Assembly (NCBI GenBank): GCA_051362555.1
Contig: CM120641.1
Coordinates: forward strand, 45,886,401-45,950,400
Length of the DNA stretch: 64,000 bases
Source of the DNA: Lingula anatina
Taxonomy: Eukaryota; Animalia; Brachiopoda
Direction: 5' to 3'
Program-made: the position numbers and the translations under genes
The notes under the pieces: model-generated
What the model was told of the DNA's origin: nothing
Seen by the model: only the letters and a program-made list of their open reading frames with translations
Databases searched by the model: none
Part shown: positions 63,291 to 64,000 of the stretch, piece after piece
How the letters are laid out: every line of letters starts with the position of its first letter
Numbering within the stretch: the first letter of the stretch is position 1

Positions 63291-64000
63291 GTGTTTCTTC
63301 TAAATTATCCCGTATTTTGCTGTTCTACAACTCGGTATTTCTTATATATGAAATGACTGTTTTACTGAGACGTGATTTTTCTAAAGATGTACGCTGGAAG
63401 TTGCAGTTAGCTGTTCAAATATAATATTTTCGCGCATATTGAACGAATCCGGGTTGCAATGCAAATTTTTGTAAACGCAACGAACTCATTGTGCCGTCTG
63501 TCACGTGACCAGCCGAGGTCTGCCTTAGAATCAATTGACGTAACAGAGATATTTTTTAACGTTTATAACTTCAGAGGGCATTATCTTTTTCAAAACCTTT
63601 CTTTGCGAGTTATCAAACAAAATAGGATGTTTGTGCACTTGATATTTCGACAGCTTTTCGCGAAATTGTGACCATGAAATCTCTAAGTATTGGAACGTTA
63701 TTCCATTGAAAATGGACAGGTAAGGTCACTATTATGCGAGTTAGTATGTAGGCAACCCTGCCGTAGGGGTCCCATCAGTGTCATCGGAACCCATTTTCAA
63801 AATGACTTGTACACAGAGTACGAACAAAGAAAAAACTAAGATGGTTCAGTGATTATACAGGTTTAATTACAAATTTGTGTATTTTGGACTTTCGTGTCTT
63901 GCATATGAGCTAATCCAACCATCCATTTTAAAAAAGAAAGGCACCGCTGTTTTAAAAATAATTTTCATAATGTAAAGGGTATCCGCCTTATGAAAAATAT

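Noticed and set aside
1-64000. Prokaryotic features (CRISPR array, operons, rRNA/tRNA)
   Set aside because: None seen. The sequence has spliceosomal introns and microsatellites typical of an animal genome.

Overview
AT-rich eukaryotic (invertebrate animal, probably bilaterian; the lineage is inferred, not shown) genomic window. It holds essentially one gene: a complete, intron-rich Pax2/5/8 (paired-box) transcription factor on the + strand, about 6.98-55.1 kb. I assembled the model by hand from GT/AG sites and reading phases: three phase-1 candidate alternative first coding exons (6984-7062, 18489-18720, 26498-26567), paired-domain exons, an octapeptide exon and six further exons ending in a Pax2-like 'PSYYY' tail (506-560 aa). 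The most striking feature is that the exon encoding the N-terminal (PAI) half of the paired domain is present as two tandem, intact 166-nt copies (29671-29836 and 29889-30054). They are separated by only 52 nt and differ at about 31 synonymous but only 7 non-synonymous codons. This looks like an old mutually exclusive exon pair giving two alternative DNA-binding domains from one gene. Also seen: a cluster of paired-domain-like sites near the distal first exon (possible autoregulation), a sharply bounded CpG-depleted domain over the 3' third of the gene, an intronic hairpin, and microsatellites. Most of the supplied ORF track is spurious intronic or intergenic sequence.
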